Below, one piece after another: positions 11,701 to 26,700 of a stretch of DNA of 64,000 nucleotides. This stretch comes from Rhynchobatus australiae (Eukaryota): the NCBI GenBank assembly GCA_034780895.1, contig JAUZTB010000076.1, forward strand, positions 118,325,337 through 118,389,336. The letters run 5' to 3'. The notes below the pieces were generated by a model. That model was not told the DNA's origin. It made no database searches and saw nothing but the letters and a program-made list of their open reading frames with translations. Within the stretch, counting starts at the first letter, position 1, and the number at the start of each line of letters is the position of its first letter. The position numbers and the translations under genes are program-made.

Positions 11701-14700
11701 CTACCAGCTACTAACACATTGGTGATTTAAAGCAGCCAATTAACATCAACTCTCATGTTTTTTGGGCTGTGGCAGGAGACTGGAGAAAATCCAACTCCCA
11801 AACTCCATACAGTACCTGAGGTTGGGACTGAACTCTGGTATTGGTTTATTATTGCCACTTGTACCGAGGTATAGTGGAAAAACTTGTCTTGCATACCGAT
11901 TGTACAGGTCAATTCATTACACAGTGCAGTTACATTGAGTTAGTGCAGAGTGCATTGAGGTAGTACNNNNNNNNNNNNNNNNNNNNNNNNNNNNNNNNNN
12001 NNNNNNNNNNNNNNNNNNNNNNNNNNNNNNNNNNNNNNNNNNNNNNNNNNNNNNNNNNNNNNNNNNCACCCACAAAATTCCAGAGGAACCCAGCAGGTCG
12101 GGCAGCATCTATGGAGGGAAATAACCAGTCAATGTTTCCAGTTGAGATCCTGATGAAGTTTCAGGTTGAGCCCTGATGAAGGGTCTTGACTGGAAATGTT
12201 GACTGTTTATTTCCCTCCGTAGGTGCTGCCTGACCTGCTGAGTTCCTCCATTTTGTGTTGAAAAGAAATGGGAACCTTTTTTGAGCAACCTGTATATCCC
12301 ATACCTCTTAGTATTTTCCAAACCATATTCTTTTGTAACTTTGGTTCAAAAGAAATTCACTCTTGAAGGCTTCTACATTATGTCCCAATTCAATAAAGCA
12401 TATTTAATATATCATGTTTGGAAACTGTTTAGACAAAGGGAGTGGTTCAATGACATGTCCTACAATGTGGACAATGTATGATACTATTTAATTAAAACTA
12501 ATAAAGTTAGCCAACGTTTAACATGTTTAGCATAACTTGCCAGCATTTTAATTATCCCTTGAAATAAACTCGTGCTTATTTTGCAGTTTTTGTGTGGCCT
12601 AATCAACTAATGGAGCGACATTTTAATAATTGGTATATTTGTACATGGTAATCCCTTTTTGTTTCTCTATCATGCAGACTTACATTTTTCAAGTGACATC
12701 ACATTCCTGGTCTTCCTACCAAAATGTATTGCCTTGTATTTAGTTGTGCTGAGCTTCATTTTCCAATTATTTGTCCATTCTACAAGCTTATGAATGTCCT
12801 CCTGTAAATTGCTGAAGTCCTGTTCCGTGCTTTCTATGTTTTCCCCCACCCTTCCTCTAGCCTACTAAAATTTGCTCTCATCTACGTTTTATTTTGTTTC
12901 CATAGTTGGTCATGAATGTAACTTGTGAACAGCAGTGGTTCCAGCATGTCCTCATGGAACACCCAACCCAGTGCAAATGGTTACTGTGTGCTCCCACTCT
13001 TTGCCAGCCAAAAGGCCAATCTGCTTTTGGCTCCCTGACTCTGCATTCACTAACCTTTTAACTGCCATTAGGATCAGTAGAAAGTTTGGAACTTGCAAGG
13101 AACAGAATCTGATTGACATTTATGTGGAGTCTTTGCAAATGGCTTTCAAATACTTATTTAGTTCACTTTGTAAATATGCTTTGTGGAAACTTTGTCTTTG
13201 TTTATTTGTGGTAAGAATTCCATCTTCGAATAACTTCCTGTGTTTGAGAGTTGGTGAGTGGAAAGAGTCAGGGTGAATTCTTAAGCCTATGTTCCTCATT
13301 TTTCTAGTGCTAAATGGAGAATGCTCTTGACTCTTGTTTTGGTAAGCATTGTTAGCAATTCCTCCTATGCACTGGTAATTACTGCATTTATTGTTTTAGG
13401 ATAAGTGTACATGTATTTGTCCTCCTAACTTTTATTTGTATATGGCACATGGGGATCTCTGTCATTGCCTATGCCTAATTACACTTGAAAAGGTGGTGGA
13501 GGTATGTAGTGGCTGGATGATTTTCAGAGGATAGTTAAGAGATGCTCTCATTGCTGTGAGCTTTGGAGTTGAATGAAAGACAGTCCAGATAGATGGAATA
13601 AATACTTGCTAAAATGCGTTGGATGGTACCTTCCAAACCCATGACCTCTGCCAGCTAGAAGGACAAAGGCAGCAAAAACATGGGAACACCACCACCTGAC
13701 AGTTGTCCTCAAACCACTTCCCATCCTGACATGGAAATATATCGCCCTTCACCATCACTGAGTCAAAATCCTGGAATTCCCTCCATTACAGCATTGCGGG
13801 TTTACCTACGCCTCAAGGACTGCAGTGGATCAAGAGAGCATCTCCCTCCCACCTTTCGAGGGCAATTGGGGATGGGCAATAAAATGCTGGCTCAGCCTGT
13901 GAAGCTGAGTGAACTTGAGAAATTCCTTTCCCTCAAGGGTGTTGAACCAATACCAATCATTGTTACCGCTGCTAACATTTATTTAGTAGAACTTAAATTT
14001 CAACCCNNNNNNNNNNNNNNNNNNNNNNNNNNNNNNNNNNNNNNNNNNNNNNNNNNNNNNNNNNNNNNNNNNNNNNNNNNNNNNNNNNNNNNNNNNNNNN
14101 NNNNNNCCCCCACCACCAAAGACTAGATTACTAGCACAACCTCAATAACATTTTTTTAAAGTTAACAACAGAATTCTGAATTCATTTCCCTATAAGTTGA
14201 AATGGTGTTTGAATGTTATTTTTAAGCATGATTTGAGGCTCTTTAACATTCTGCAAAATTAATCATAAGATGCCTAGAGATGAAATAACTGTCTAAAGTT
14301 AGTAAAGTCTTGCTTTACTTTTTTTAAAAGCTGATTTGTATTCTAATTGTGGTGGAATTCCATGTAGCACTCTGGCTCCAATAGAATGCATGAGAAACCA
14401 GGCTGGTGAAGTTTCATTCCTGCCCATTCTTAGTGTTTCAAAAGACAGCTGCTTAAATATGCACCATTTATGATTGTACATTTTGGGTGTTGTTGACTGT
14501 GGAACCTTCACATGCCTGAGGGAGATGTTGTTCATACAAAGGCTGAAATGGGGGTTGGGTGAGTCTTAAGGTGGGAACAGTCTGAAACTTGAGCTCCAGA
14601 TTTTGAACTATATTTATATATTTTTTTGAAAAATCTTTGAGGAAAGCAGCCTTGCTTTTGAATGTAGAGCTAAAATTAATTTTTCTTTGACATTTTATCT

Positions 14701-17700
14701 GATTTCCTGTTAGTTTGCATATGCCAGTACTTATGTTGGCTGAGTAAACAAAAATGGTGGTTTAAAGGCTCAGTTGGGGAACATTAGTCCATATTGTCTC
14801 AAGGTAGCCTGATTGGAGTATGTGCCTCCCCCTCTCAGTACCTGAAAAGGCATTGGTGATGTTGATATCCTTGCAGTTTCTTGCTTGGATGATGTAACTG
14901 AGCAGTTGCCAAAGCCTGGAGAAAGGATGTGTGTTTATCAATCTGAAATTGGGTGTTGGCTATGACAAGGCCATAAGCTTATTGTCATAAGGACTCCCTT
15001 GGTGTTTTCCCTACTTCCTCTGTGCCAATTACATTTTTTTTTCCTCAGCCTGACATTAAAGTTGCCCAGGAGGAACAGTTTGTCTGTCTCCCTCTAGGAC
15101 ATGGGCCAGGGTGTTTTTTCTCTCTCCACTAACTTGAAAGAGAAGTCCTTCCGCAGTCGGGCTAAGTGTTCTGATGCCAGTTCTGCATTATGGTGAGCTG
15201 GAGACTGATTAGATGTTTATGTTAAAAGTCCCCTAACTACAATCTGCCAGTGGCTGAGGAACTGCTCCCAAAGTTGCAGTGTAGATATTGTCAATTTAGA
15301 GGCATAATAGATGTGATCTTCACCATGTATCAACTCAGAATTACAGGGAATAACCACCACCATATAGTAATCTTATTTTAATCCCCACTTAAAGACCTTC
15401 CCTCTGATCAGGAAGGACTGTGGTGTATACTTAAACTTGCCTGCCTGCAGAAATTTGCTTCAATATTGTATCTGCTACATGATGGCATGCAAGCATTGAC
15501 TATTAGATAGCTCCACTTTTCTCTGTCATTCATGTGGCTATGTGGGAGGGGAGGGTATTTAGATAGATCTTAGAGCAGGATAAAATATCAGCACAACATT
15601 GTGGGCTGAAGGGGGGGACCTGTACTGTGCTGTAGTGTTCTATGTAAGCCATGACCCTAACCAAGGGATTATAATATTCCCAATCTCCATTCAGGCTGGA
15701 GTCGAGCAAAGGTGCATCATTACCTCAACATTTTGCTCCATCTTTCTTGCTGCAATCCTGCATCTTGCTTGCCTCTGTAGTGAAGCTAACCCTACAAGAC
15801 AAATTGGACGTGGTTCTGGAGTGAGGTGATGTAGGTTGAACAAAGGTCACCTCCACGTGGTTAACAAGTAGCAGTACACAGACGATGCTTGCATGTGCAC
15901 ATGGTCAGATGCTGAACTGCTTTCCCCCCCCCCTCCTCCCCAAGTTATTGTCAATTCATTTACTGAAGCATATGAGAGAATGTCTTGCATTTAACATCCA
16001 AGAAAACAAAGGTCCTCCACCAACTAGCCCTCACTGTACACCACTGCCCTCAACAAAAGGTCCATGATGAGACCCTTGACAATATGAGCCATTTTTCATT
16101 TTGTTCCAGTGGACCCAAAATTGATTTAAGCATGTTCTCAAAGCCTCCTTGGGAAATATTGAGCAACAATGTGACTTGTGGAAATTCCAGGCCTATTTTC
16201 GCTCAGAATGGAGCAGAACGAACACTTCAACCATTCATTGGGAGTGCACCCCTTCACAATGTACGTAGAGTTGTAGTTTGGTTCAGCACAGGAAACAGTA
16301 GCAAGCTTTTAGCAAAGTCTTTTTAACTGTTGATTTATTGGTCTTGTGCCATGGGTAACACTAAGGATTGCATCCCTATTGAGCTTATCAAACCTTTGAT
16401 GTTTTCCTGAATAGGAACCACCAAGTCTTGGGCTAAAAATATATTCCTATAACTCCTCCCCAAAAAAGTTCTGCATGGTTGAAAATCAGCTTAACATGGA
16501 ATAGAGAAGTGGCTCAGTGGTGCCAGTAGTAGAGCTGCTGCCTTGGGCAGGGCCCAGGGGAGTTTTGTAGAAAAGAAGAGCCTTGAAGTTTAAGAACATG
16601 GTTCACTGCAAGTAGAGTTGCAGGTATACAGGGTGGTAAAGAAGGTTTTTGGTATTCTGGCATTGTCGGCATTGAATATAAAAGTTGGGAGGTCATGTTG
16701 CAGTTGTACGGGATGCTAATGAGGCCACACTTGGAGTATCGTGTTCAGTTTTGGTCGCTCTGCTGTAGGAAAGATGTTATTAAACTGGAAAGGGTGCAAC
16801 AAAGATGTGCAAGGATGCTGCCAGGACTTGGGCTGAGTTACAGGGAGAGGTCGGACAGGCTAGAACTTCATTCATTAGAGAGTAGGACACTGAGAGGTGA
16901 TCTTATGGAGGTGTATAAAATCATGGGGGGCCATAGATAGGGTGAATACACTTTTTTCCCTCCCAGAGTTTTGGTATCAAGAGCTAGAGGGCATAGGTTT
17001 AAGGTGGGAGAGGAAAGATTTAAGAGGAACTTGATGGGCAACTTTTTTTTACACACAGTGGCGTGTATGTGGCATCAGCTGCCAGAGGAAGTGATTTGAG
17101 GCAGGTACAACAACAACTTTTAAAAGACTGTTGGACAGGTACATGGATTGGAAAGGTTTAGAACGTTATGGGCCAAACACTGGCAAATGGGACTAGCTTG
17201 AATGGGCCATTTTGGTCGGCACAGACCAGCTGGGCCAAAGGGTCTTTTTCCATGCTGTTTGACTTAATGACTCTCAGCACCAGAGACCTGGGTTCAATTC
17301 TGTCCTTTGGGTGCTGTCTGTGTGGAGGTTGCACGTTCTCCCACAAATGTGTGGGTTTTCTCCCATATCTGAAAGGTGTGAGTTGGTAGGTTAATTGGCC
17401 ACTTTGTGTGTAGATGAGTGGTAGAATCTGAGGGCACTGATGGGAATATGAGGAGAATTTAGGGGGAAAAAATGGAATTTGGTGTAGTTGGGAAGTTGCT
17501 TGGCACGTTTCCATGGTATGACTCTACATCAATTTTCTTGACATTCTGGGTGTCTTGGGGTCTTTTGGGAATTTGTTAATGAAATATTCATTCTCTCTTT
17601 GGGTGTAAAAGCTCTCTAATTACATTACCACTCTAGTACAACAGGTAAAATTCTCCTGCAGTGAGACACCAACTTAACTGGTCTGCAAGATGACAGTTTT

Positions 17701-20700
17701 TACTTATTGACAGAACAGCCAGCTTTCTCCAACCTCATTTCTTTGAAACCGTGCTATATAAATGGCCATTTGTCAAACTGCATTCATTGTCTCATTGAAG
17801 TCTATGTCCTCAAATGCAACCTTGCACATGTGCCTTGGTAGCTTTGCCCATGTTGGTCACCTTTTGGCTACTCTACCATGGGATCATTCTGGGCTGCTGC
17901 TGCTCATCTTTGGCCCATCTCACCATTTGTAGTTCACTGCTTCTTTAGGATTTAGCCCAAGCTCCAAGGAGAAGAGTTCATCAACTTTCTTTGGCTCGTG
18001 GGAGCAAGCTTGACCACTTGCCTGCTATGCAGGTGTTCAGAGTCTGTGCCCTTGTCCTTGCAGCCAATTGCCAGGAGTTGGGCCACTAACCCTGGAGGAT
18101 TGGTGTGCCTCCCATCCCCCCCCCCAATACAATGAACCTGGCTTGTGGGTACTGTTCTTCACCAGTCAAAACCCCTTCAACATCTTGGGAGTGTAGTTGT
18201 CCACACATCAATTGCAGCATCCATTCATTCGGTAGCAATATTCCCTGTAGCTAGAAGATTGCTGCTTATATCATGGTATGTACCTTTAACAGCTGGCTGC
18301 AAATATTTCACCTGCTGAGCTGCATGAGAAATTGGTAACAGATCAACAGGAAATGCCTTGTTGAAACCAAAAATACCAGATTCAGTGTGGCTTTGTGGAG
18401 CAATACTTAGTGCTGTATTGTGAACCTCTCAATTGAAGGTCTTGCTCCTTTGACTTTGACAGAGTGTCAACTTAAGTTTTCAACTCCAGCAATATCTGTA
18501 CAATAAGCTTCCTCTACACTTTCTATACAATTTAAAATATTATTTAAGTGCATTTTCTTTAATGGTATTTCTGTAGGTAGATGTCTCTTACATCTGTCTT
18601 CTGGGATTCGCCTGAAATTATCCAGATTGGATAGTTGAGGCTCAGCACAGTAAATCGTGGCAAACACCACAAAGTAACTACAGGCACTACAAATAAGACA
18701 AGATGTTATATGAAACTACTGAATATGTGTATAATATTTTAATTTGTGTACACCTCTGTACCTTACTCAGCTTTAGCTCTTAACCATAACTATGACCTGC
18801 ACTCGTGTGCTTCTTTTCAACTCCTTTCTCTGAACTCGACTCCCTCCAATGATTACTCAAAGGGAAACAAATACAATTTTCAGATACTAGAATCTGAAAC
18901 AAAAACAGAAATGCTGGAAGAACTCAGCCAGTCGAGCAGTATCTATATGTTTTGGGCTAGTGATCCTTCCTCAGAATGGGGGAAGAATGGCGGTCTTTCA
19001 GTTTGCAGAGTGGAGTGAGGTGTCAGGAAGAAACTCTAAGGAGCCATCTCCCATTGTTGGTGATGACTCCTGTCTGCAGTTTGCTTTTTAAGGTGCCTTC
19101 TAACTTTAAATATTACTCTCAGTTTAACTTAAATAATCTTGAACATAACTCACACCAACAGTTTTCTGATGGAATGCATTTCCATTTTGTATTTCAATAG
19201 ATATACTTAATACATTAAAATATTTCAGGAAATTCAATCCATTTATTGTGTCAGCAGAATCAGGTTTATTATCACTGACGTATGTCATGAAATTTGTTGT
19301 TTTGTGGCAGACATAGACTTAAATTACTATAAGTTACAAAAATAGTGCAAAAGAGGAACAATGAGGTAGTGTTCATGGGTTCAAATCAATACGTTCCATT
19401 TATTAAAGTGTTTAGTCACAAATGATAATGGGACAGGCTACAAGCCCAAAACAAAAATAAGAAGTTTCACTATGAAAGGTATAATAAACCAGTTCTAACG
19501 GCAACTGCACATATACTAGTTAGAATACAGAGTATATCTATCTTTTTTTTCAAACATAAAGATACTCTCTGAAGCTTCCTGTAAATTGCTGAAGGTTGCC
19601 AAGAACCGACCTTATTTTGTAATCCAAAGATCTGTGACCATTTGCGTGACACAGCCTCTCCTTTTAGTTGTGTCATCTCCATGCTGTTTTCCTGCTGTCA
19701 GGCCTTTGTCTGTTCACCATTAGCAAAGATGCTTTAATGGGGAAAAGTCTGAGTTTTTTTTTGCACTCCTGAGAAATTGGTGAATAGGTCTTAGTTTAGT
19801 GGTGATCTAATGCTTTCCACTTTCAAAGGCGTTTGGGGTCAGGTCCAGTCTTGCTGGCACCATCTTTGTCACTACTGTGTTGACTTGTAAATGTTGGTAG
19901 AACACCTTGGTAATTTGGAGCAACCTGTTTGCCTAAACAGATTCTTCAGCATTTTGTCTGTTCTCGTAATCTGTTTGAAAAGTTCATTACAGAGCTAGTT
20001 AGTTCATCATGGCTGAAATATAAATTCTGATAATTTGAATGTTTTGGCCACAGTTCCTTCCAAGATAAATTTATTTCTCTATATTGAATTGCATATGTCA
20101 CATATGCCCATTCTGTTAGCCTCTGTACATTTTCCACCAACCCCAACCCCTCGGTCCTTTCTGGACTAGGTTTCCAGTGCTCCCAAAATGTTAAGTGAAT
20201 TTTGTCACAGCCCCCTTAACTCCAATTAGATAATTCTTGTTGACATTATCATTTTCTTTTTTAAAGTCCTGTTTGTATATAATGAGTACTACGGCATTTA
20301 TAATTCTATGGACAATCAAGTTTTATTCATAGTCATAGAAGCACAGGGATGCAGCGTGGAAACGGGCCTTTCAGCCCACTAAGTCTAGGCTGAGTATCAA
20401 CCACCCATTTTTACACTATTCTACACTAACCCATTTTATTGTTCCTGTGTTCTCATCAACTACTTCCCAGATTCTATCTCTCACCTACACTCTAGGGGCA
20501 ACATACAGAAGCCAATTAACCTACCAATCCACACATTTTTGGGATGTGGGAGGCAATCCATGCCATCACAGGACGAACATGCAAACTCCACATAGACAGC
20601 ACTGGAGGTCAGGATCGAACCTGGGTCACTGGAGCAGCAGCTTCACTAGTCACTGCCATACTACTAGACCAATTCCCCTCAAAGAGATGAGACAAGTTAA

Positions 20701-23700
20701 ATTTGAACCTGGGAGCTAAAGCACCTCAAGATACAGATGCAGGTTACCCTTAAATATTGCATGTGGTCATCCCATTTTTCCCAGGTTATGAACACCCGAC
20801 TTATGGGCAGCTTGTACATGTGGGATGGATGGGGATGGATTTGCCGGCTTCTGCGGGGCTGCAAGGTGGGAATGGGGCATTTCCATGTGTCTTCTCTCCC
20901 CACCAGCACCCGAGCTGTATCATTTGGCGGCTGGATTGAGCCAAGCTGAGCAGAGCTGGGAGCACTGAGCACTGCTCACTGAATCAGTGAGACTGGCTAT
21001 CAGCTGCTCTGCTCCCTCTCCCATCACAACTGTTTCTGCACATTTCCAACTTATTGATAGTTCCCAGGAACAGAACCTTGCCATAACCTGGGGACTTCCT
21101 GCATATATAAATATTACATTAAGAAAGTGGCCAGAGAGGTCAAATCAACTCATGGTTAGATCATGAGTTGAGTGGAAGGTCCAAATATATAGACATTTTT
21201 ATTAGTCACATGTAGTCAAAACAGTGAAATGTATCTTTTGCGTAGAGTGTTTTGGGGTCAGCCTGCAAGTGTCGCCACTCTTCCGGCACTGACATAGCAT
21301 GCTCACGACTTCCTAACCTGTACGTTTTTTAGAATGTGGGAGGAAACCGGAGCACCTGGAGGAAACCCACACAGTCACAGGGAGAACGTACAAACTCCTT
21401 AGACAGCGGCTGGAACTGAACCCAGGTCGCTGGCACTGCAATAGTGTTACACTAACTGCTACACTACTGTGCTTGGCAAATTATTGTATTTCCTGATATT
21501 TGCATAGTCTGTTACTTTTTTTGGCTTGTATGAAGTCTATTTAGTTATCGAACAGGAGTAGGCCATTCAGCCTTGGATCCTGTTCTTTCATTCAATGATA
21601 TTTGAACGGTAATCTACATTCATATATCCATCTTCTTCCCAGGGCCCTTGATATTTTTAGGTAAACAAAGGTGTATTTTAAAATCTAACCATTGACCTGG
21701 TTAGTGTAACTTGCTATTTGTAGAAGAGTCTTAAACCAGACCCACTCTTCTCCAACCTGTGAAGAGAGTTTCTTGCTGTCTACTCTGTTAGTCACACTTA
21801 ATCATGGTAAAGTAGGAATGGCATTTGTTTCTATCCCACCAGAATAATCACCATAAATAAATGTGGGTGTAGTTTCTAATCAATTTTCCTTTATGCAGAA
21901 TGCAGAAAGAATTTTCTGAACATGTCTGAACAGGCAACCTGCTACTTGAGGTGTGCCTACTGGAATTGAGCAAATGAGCTGGAGCTGGTTGGGAACTTGG
22001 TGGGTTATTTTGCAGATGTGATTCAGAGTGCCAAATGGTGCAACGTTTCCAGCTACTTGGGTAACAGTCATCACTGAGTTGGTGTATGCCTGGAATGTTG
22101 GGCAGAGGAATGTTTTGGGATTCTGGAACATTGGGATCATATTTGCAGCCAGGATTTCCTGTGCATTTGAATGCAGTGAGCAAGAGAACCATCTCTCTTG
22201 CAGATGCAATAGAGAAAGATTTAAACTGAAAATGAAAATTAAAAAAAAAACTACAGATACTAGAAATATTATAAGCATTCTTCCCTAAAGAGCTAAAGAG
22301 CTCTGGCAGTTGATGGGACACTGGGGAGAATAAACTGGAATTAGTGTAAATGGGTGGCTGTTGGTGTGCTGAGGGGTCTGTTTCCATGCTGACTGATTAT
22401 GGATGAAAAGGGCAAAGTCTGGATCAGTGCCCATCGGGTCAGGCAGATTCTGTGGAAAGAGAAAGTTAATGTTTCAGTTCTTGAGAAGAAACCACTGAAA
22501 ATGGTTTTTATCACAAAAAATCAGATGTACTGTTAAAACATTGTGCCAATTTTGGATCTAATTTTGCACATTCTCTTAGAAGTCATGTACTTCTATTCTT
22601 GACCAGTCTTCCATACAGGACTTTATAAAAAAGGCTTGCTAAAATTTATATAGATTACATTAGATACCCTCATCAAACTTCCTTGTTACCTTTTCAAAGA
22701 CTTCAATCATCTTACTCATTATTCTACTTTCAAAGAGACTACACCCATTAATATTACTTTTTCAATTATGTTTGTGTGGTTCAGTATTTTGCATATACTC
22801 GCCTATAACCACAACATTGGTATCAATTCCCTCTCTGAAGGGAGTCACAGAATTTTTATTGAGACTCTTACCCACATTCTTCATCATCACCCCAACACTT
22901 TCTGTTTTATATTTTGGACTTTTTAGCTTTTTGTTAATTGTGGTTAGAGCCGCATCCTACTGAATGAAAATATAGATTTATGTAATTTGATCCAGGCAGG
23001 CCTAATGTATATAACAGTAGGTTGATCTATGGCAAACAGGTTTGACCTGTTGCTGTCAAAAGAGGATGTACCTGGCCTTTTTGTTTGCAGGCATATTACT
23101 TCATTGGATCCTTTTTAATATCAAGAATAGGCACTGATCCAGATTTTGCCCTTTGTAATATGTTGCCACATGGCATGGAAATGGGCCCCTCAGCACACTG
23201 TACCAACAACCATCCATCTACACTAATTCCCGTTTATTCTCCCCAGTGTCCCATCAACTGTCAACAATTTAGAGAAGGGTGTTCATAATATTTTAAGTAT
23301 TTTATATAAATATTGAAAGTGATGTATTTCAATCTGAAACCAGGGTCTTAACTTTAAAAGCAATCCGTCAGGCATGCGATGGCTAGGGTAAATAGGGAAC
23401 TTTGTTTAAACGTTAGCCCCTGCTTGTTTACTCAATGCAGTTTACAGCAGATTAAGTATATTGCCTTGCCTGTTGCAGTTTGTATATATAAAATGGCAAC
23501 AGGTAAAGTGTTCCAGCTTAGAAAATTAAAAAAAGTTAAAGCCAGTATCGGGTTAAAGGGAAAGGTCAACAATATTGCCAAAAGGAGCAGTAAGTCAGAA
23601 GATCAGGAAATTAAAACATTTGGCAATATTGTAGCAACCTTTTCCTTTAATCCTTTTTAAAGTTCTGGGATCCATGTCTGCAGATCAATTCACTTTCTAT

Positions 23701-26700
23701 CCAGGAGTTGCTAGACTAACTTTCAACTAGAAATCCACCTGAAGCTCATTTGGCTGAGATTCTGGGTTATTAAAAATTTGAAATGCTCCAGTAAATATAC
23801 TGCAGGTTAAATGGCCCAAAGGAAACAGAACAATTGCTGGGAATTTACAAAATTAGCTTGTTCATCTGTGAATCCAAATGAATCAGTGCTGGGCAGATCA
23901 GATTTCTTTTTGGAGGGTGGTGTCAGGAGGCTGTCAGTGAGGACAATGGAAACTTAAGGATACCTTGTGGACTATAATATGGGCTCCAATAATTGTGGAA
24001 TAAAATGGAGCTGGGGATGGATTGTGGTGGAAGTGATCTTGGTACTGAACAGGATATGGAGTTTAAAGTGACAGCTTTGAGTCAAGCAAAAGCTTAAAGT
24101 TTCTTGCAGTCCAGTTCAAACAAAATACCATGGGACCTCTAACATTTAAAGCACTCCTGCTTAAACTCTACTAGGTGCCACTCCTTGCAGAGCCACTTAC
24201 TATTGATTGCATATGGTTGTTTTGAGGGCCCATTGGTACCTCATCCTCAATGTTGATATGTGGGTTAGCCACACTGGGGATAAATATTAAAGGGTGGAGA
24301 ATAGAAGGGAATGATGATTAGAAAGTGAATCTGCCTTCAGTAATGAAAAGGTTGAAATACTGACAAGGTTCAGGCAACTTGAGACTTCCTGTGATCCCAC
24401 AAGTAGGCTAGGACCAGTAATATGGTTGGCTTTTGGGTATCTCAGCAGAAAGTGTTTTTTTTAAAAAAAACACAGATTTATTGTCACCGACATAGGACAT
24501 GAAATTCATTGCTTTGTGGCAGCAGTACAGTGCAAAGACATAAAAATCTGTAAATCATAAAAATAAATAGTACAAGAAAAAAATAATTGAGGTGGTGTTC
24601 ATGGGTTCTCAGATCATTCAGAAATCTGGTGGAGGGGAAGAAGCTGTTCCTGAATTGTTGAGTGTGGCTCTTCAGGCTCCTGTACCTCCTCTCTGGTAGT
24701 AATGAGAAGAGGGCACATCCTGGATGGTGTGGGTCCTTAATAATCGATGCCACCTTCTTGAGGTGCCACCTCTTGAAGATATCCTCAATGGTGGTAAGTG
24801 TTACAGACTAGGACTTAGTGAGTGTTCCTTTAAGATTGTGTGTGTGGCGTGCTTATGTCAACAGAAGATAACGTCATGACGTTGTTGTTGAAACAACCAG
24901 TCGGAGTCAGTCTGAAGGAGAGAGAGAGAGACCTGCCTGCTTGTTTTCTCTATCGATGGATGAGAAACAATAACTGTGACTGTCACTGCAATCCACGTAT
25001 GGATTGTTGNNNNNNNNNNNNNNNNNNNNNNNNNNNNNNNNNNNNNNNNNNNNNNNNNNNNNNNNNNNNNNNNNNNNNNNNNNNNNNNNNNNNNNNNNNN
25101 NNNNNNNNNCAACCAGTCAGAATGCTCTCCACTGTACATCTATAGAAATTTGTAAGAGTCTTTGGTGACATACCAAATCTCCTCAACTCTTAAAGAAGTA
25201 GAGGTGCTGGCGTGCCTTCTTTGTGATTGCATCAATGTGTTGGGCCTAGGATAAATCCTCTGAGATGTTGGCACCCAGAATCTTGATGCCCAGAAATGTA
25301 TCATGTTAATATGTGTACACTAGAATTACTTTGTAATAACTAATTTTCAAATGAGTTCCTTCAGAGCCCTTCTACTGAACCATTCTCTCTTTAAGCAGAC
25401 TTCTGACACATAACTAAGGGAACAGCATATTGTGTTGCTTCTTCCTTTGGTATGATCTTGTTCTGCATTTTCCCTTTCAGTTCTTTTTCTTCCTGTTCTG
25501 CTGCTTATAAGGATATGGGACATTACAAATTAGGGTTCTTGATAGAAGGATGTGAAGAATAGGAGTACCACATCTGAAATTGCTGAAAATTAATAAAGAA
25601 TTCTGAACAGAACATCTGAGGAACTTTGTAGTTTCTAACTGCTTAATCAAAACTGTTGGATGAATAAATGCTGTGATTCAGAGACACTGAATTCCGTCTA
25701 TACATAGCCATGTTCCATGCTCAAAACAACCCTCTTCTTCAGGCACAATATCTGCAACATGTATCTTTACAGTAACTCAGTCTGCATTTTAGTACAGATA
25801 TAAATGTATGCCTCACTATCCACCCAGATACCATTTAATCATTTATATTTCAAAAGCAATTGAGAAACTTCTAGCCCATTGGCCTTAATTCTTGCCACCT
25901 CAGCTCCCAATACCTGAGCCCATTCTGGTAACTGCAAAGCCNNNNNNNNNNTGCTCTCTTCTCGTGCAGGATGTGTAAACAGTGCCCACAAAGAAATTCC
26001 ACCAGCTGGATATTGCCATTTAGATTATTGAATGGCACAATGTGACTGCAATGGCAGAGAGGTAAATGAGCTCCAATGAAAGAAATTCCTTTGAAGCATG
26101 CAGCTCGGTAGAGGAGCTTATGTTGACTGCCTATTTGTTTTCAAATACATTAAATACAGAGGTTTTGACTCCCTACTGTAAAGAGCTTTGCTGTTACCTT
26201 TCTAAAGGATGGTGTCCTTGGGGTATCCCAGGAACTTTACCAGATATTTCTCCCTTGATGTTTGAAGAGCTGGTAGATTTAATGTTAAACTGGTTTCTTC
26301 TATTCTCACCCCTGCCCAAAGAACTCAAGTGCAATTTGCAAACCTGAATGTAGTTTTCCCATAACCAGATCTTCCAAGTTACTGGACTGGCAAGTGAATA
26401 TCATTGGAGTGAGATTTTGTTTCTTCCTCTTCAGTTTTTTTTAAACTTCTAAATTTTATGATGCTAACTTTTGTTTTCAAGTACATTAAATACAGAAGGT
26501 TTAGCCTGTACTTAATCTCTGCTGTTACACAAGCTTCTAATACAAAATTTATGTCCAGCTTAGAATCTCTTTTTATGGTAGGTTAGTTCAATATTAACTT
26601 TCCAAAATAACTGGAAACATGAAATATTTTTGTATCAATGGACAATCTTTCACTCTGTTTCCTTCTGGAACAATTTCTGGTGTGGGATAAGGAGGCAGTT

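Noticed and set aside
21848-22387. 179-aa minus-strand ORF and overlapping ORFs
   Set aside because: Starts in a SINE tail; no recognisable domain or splice structure
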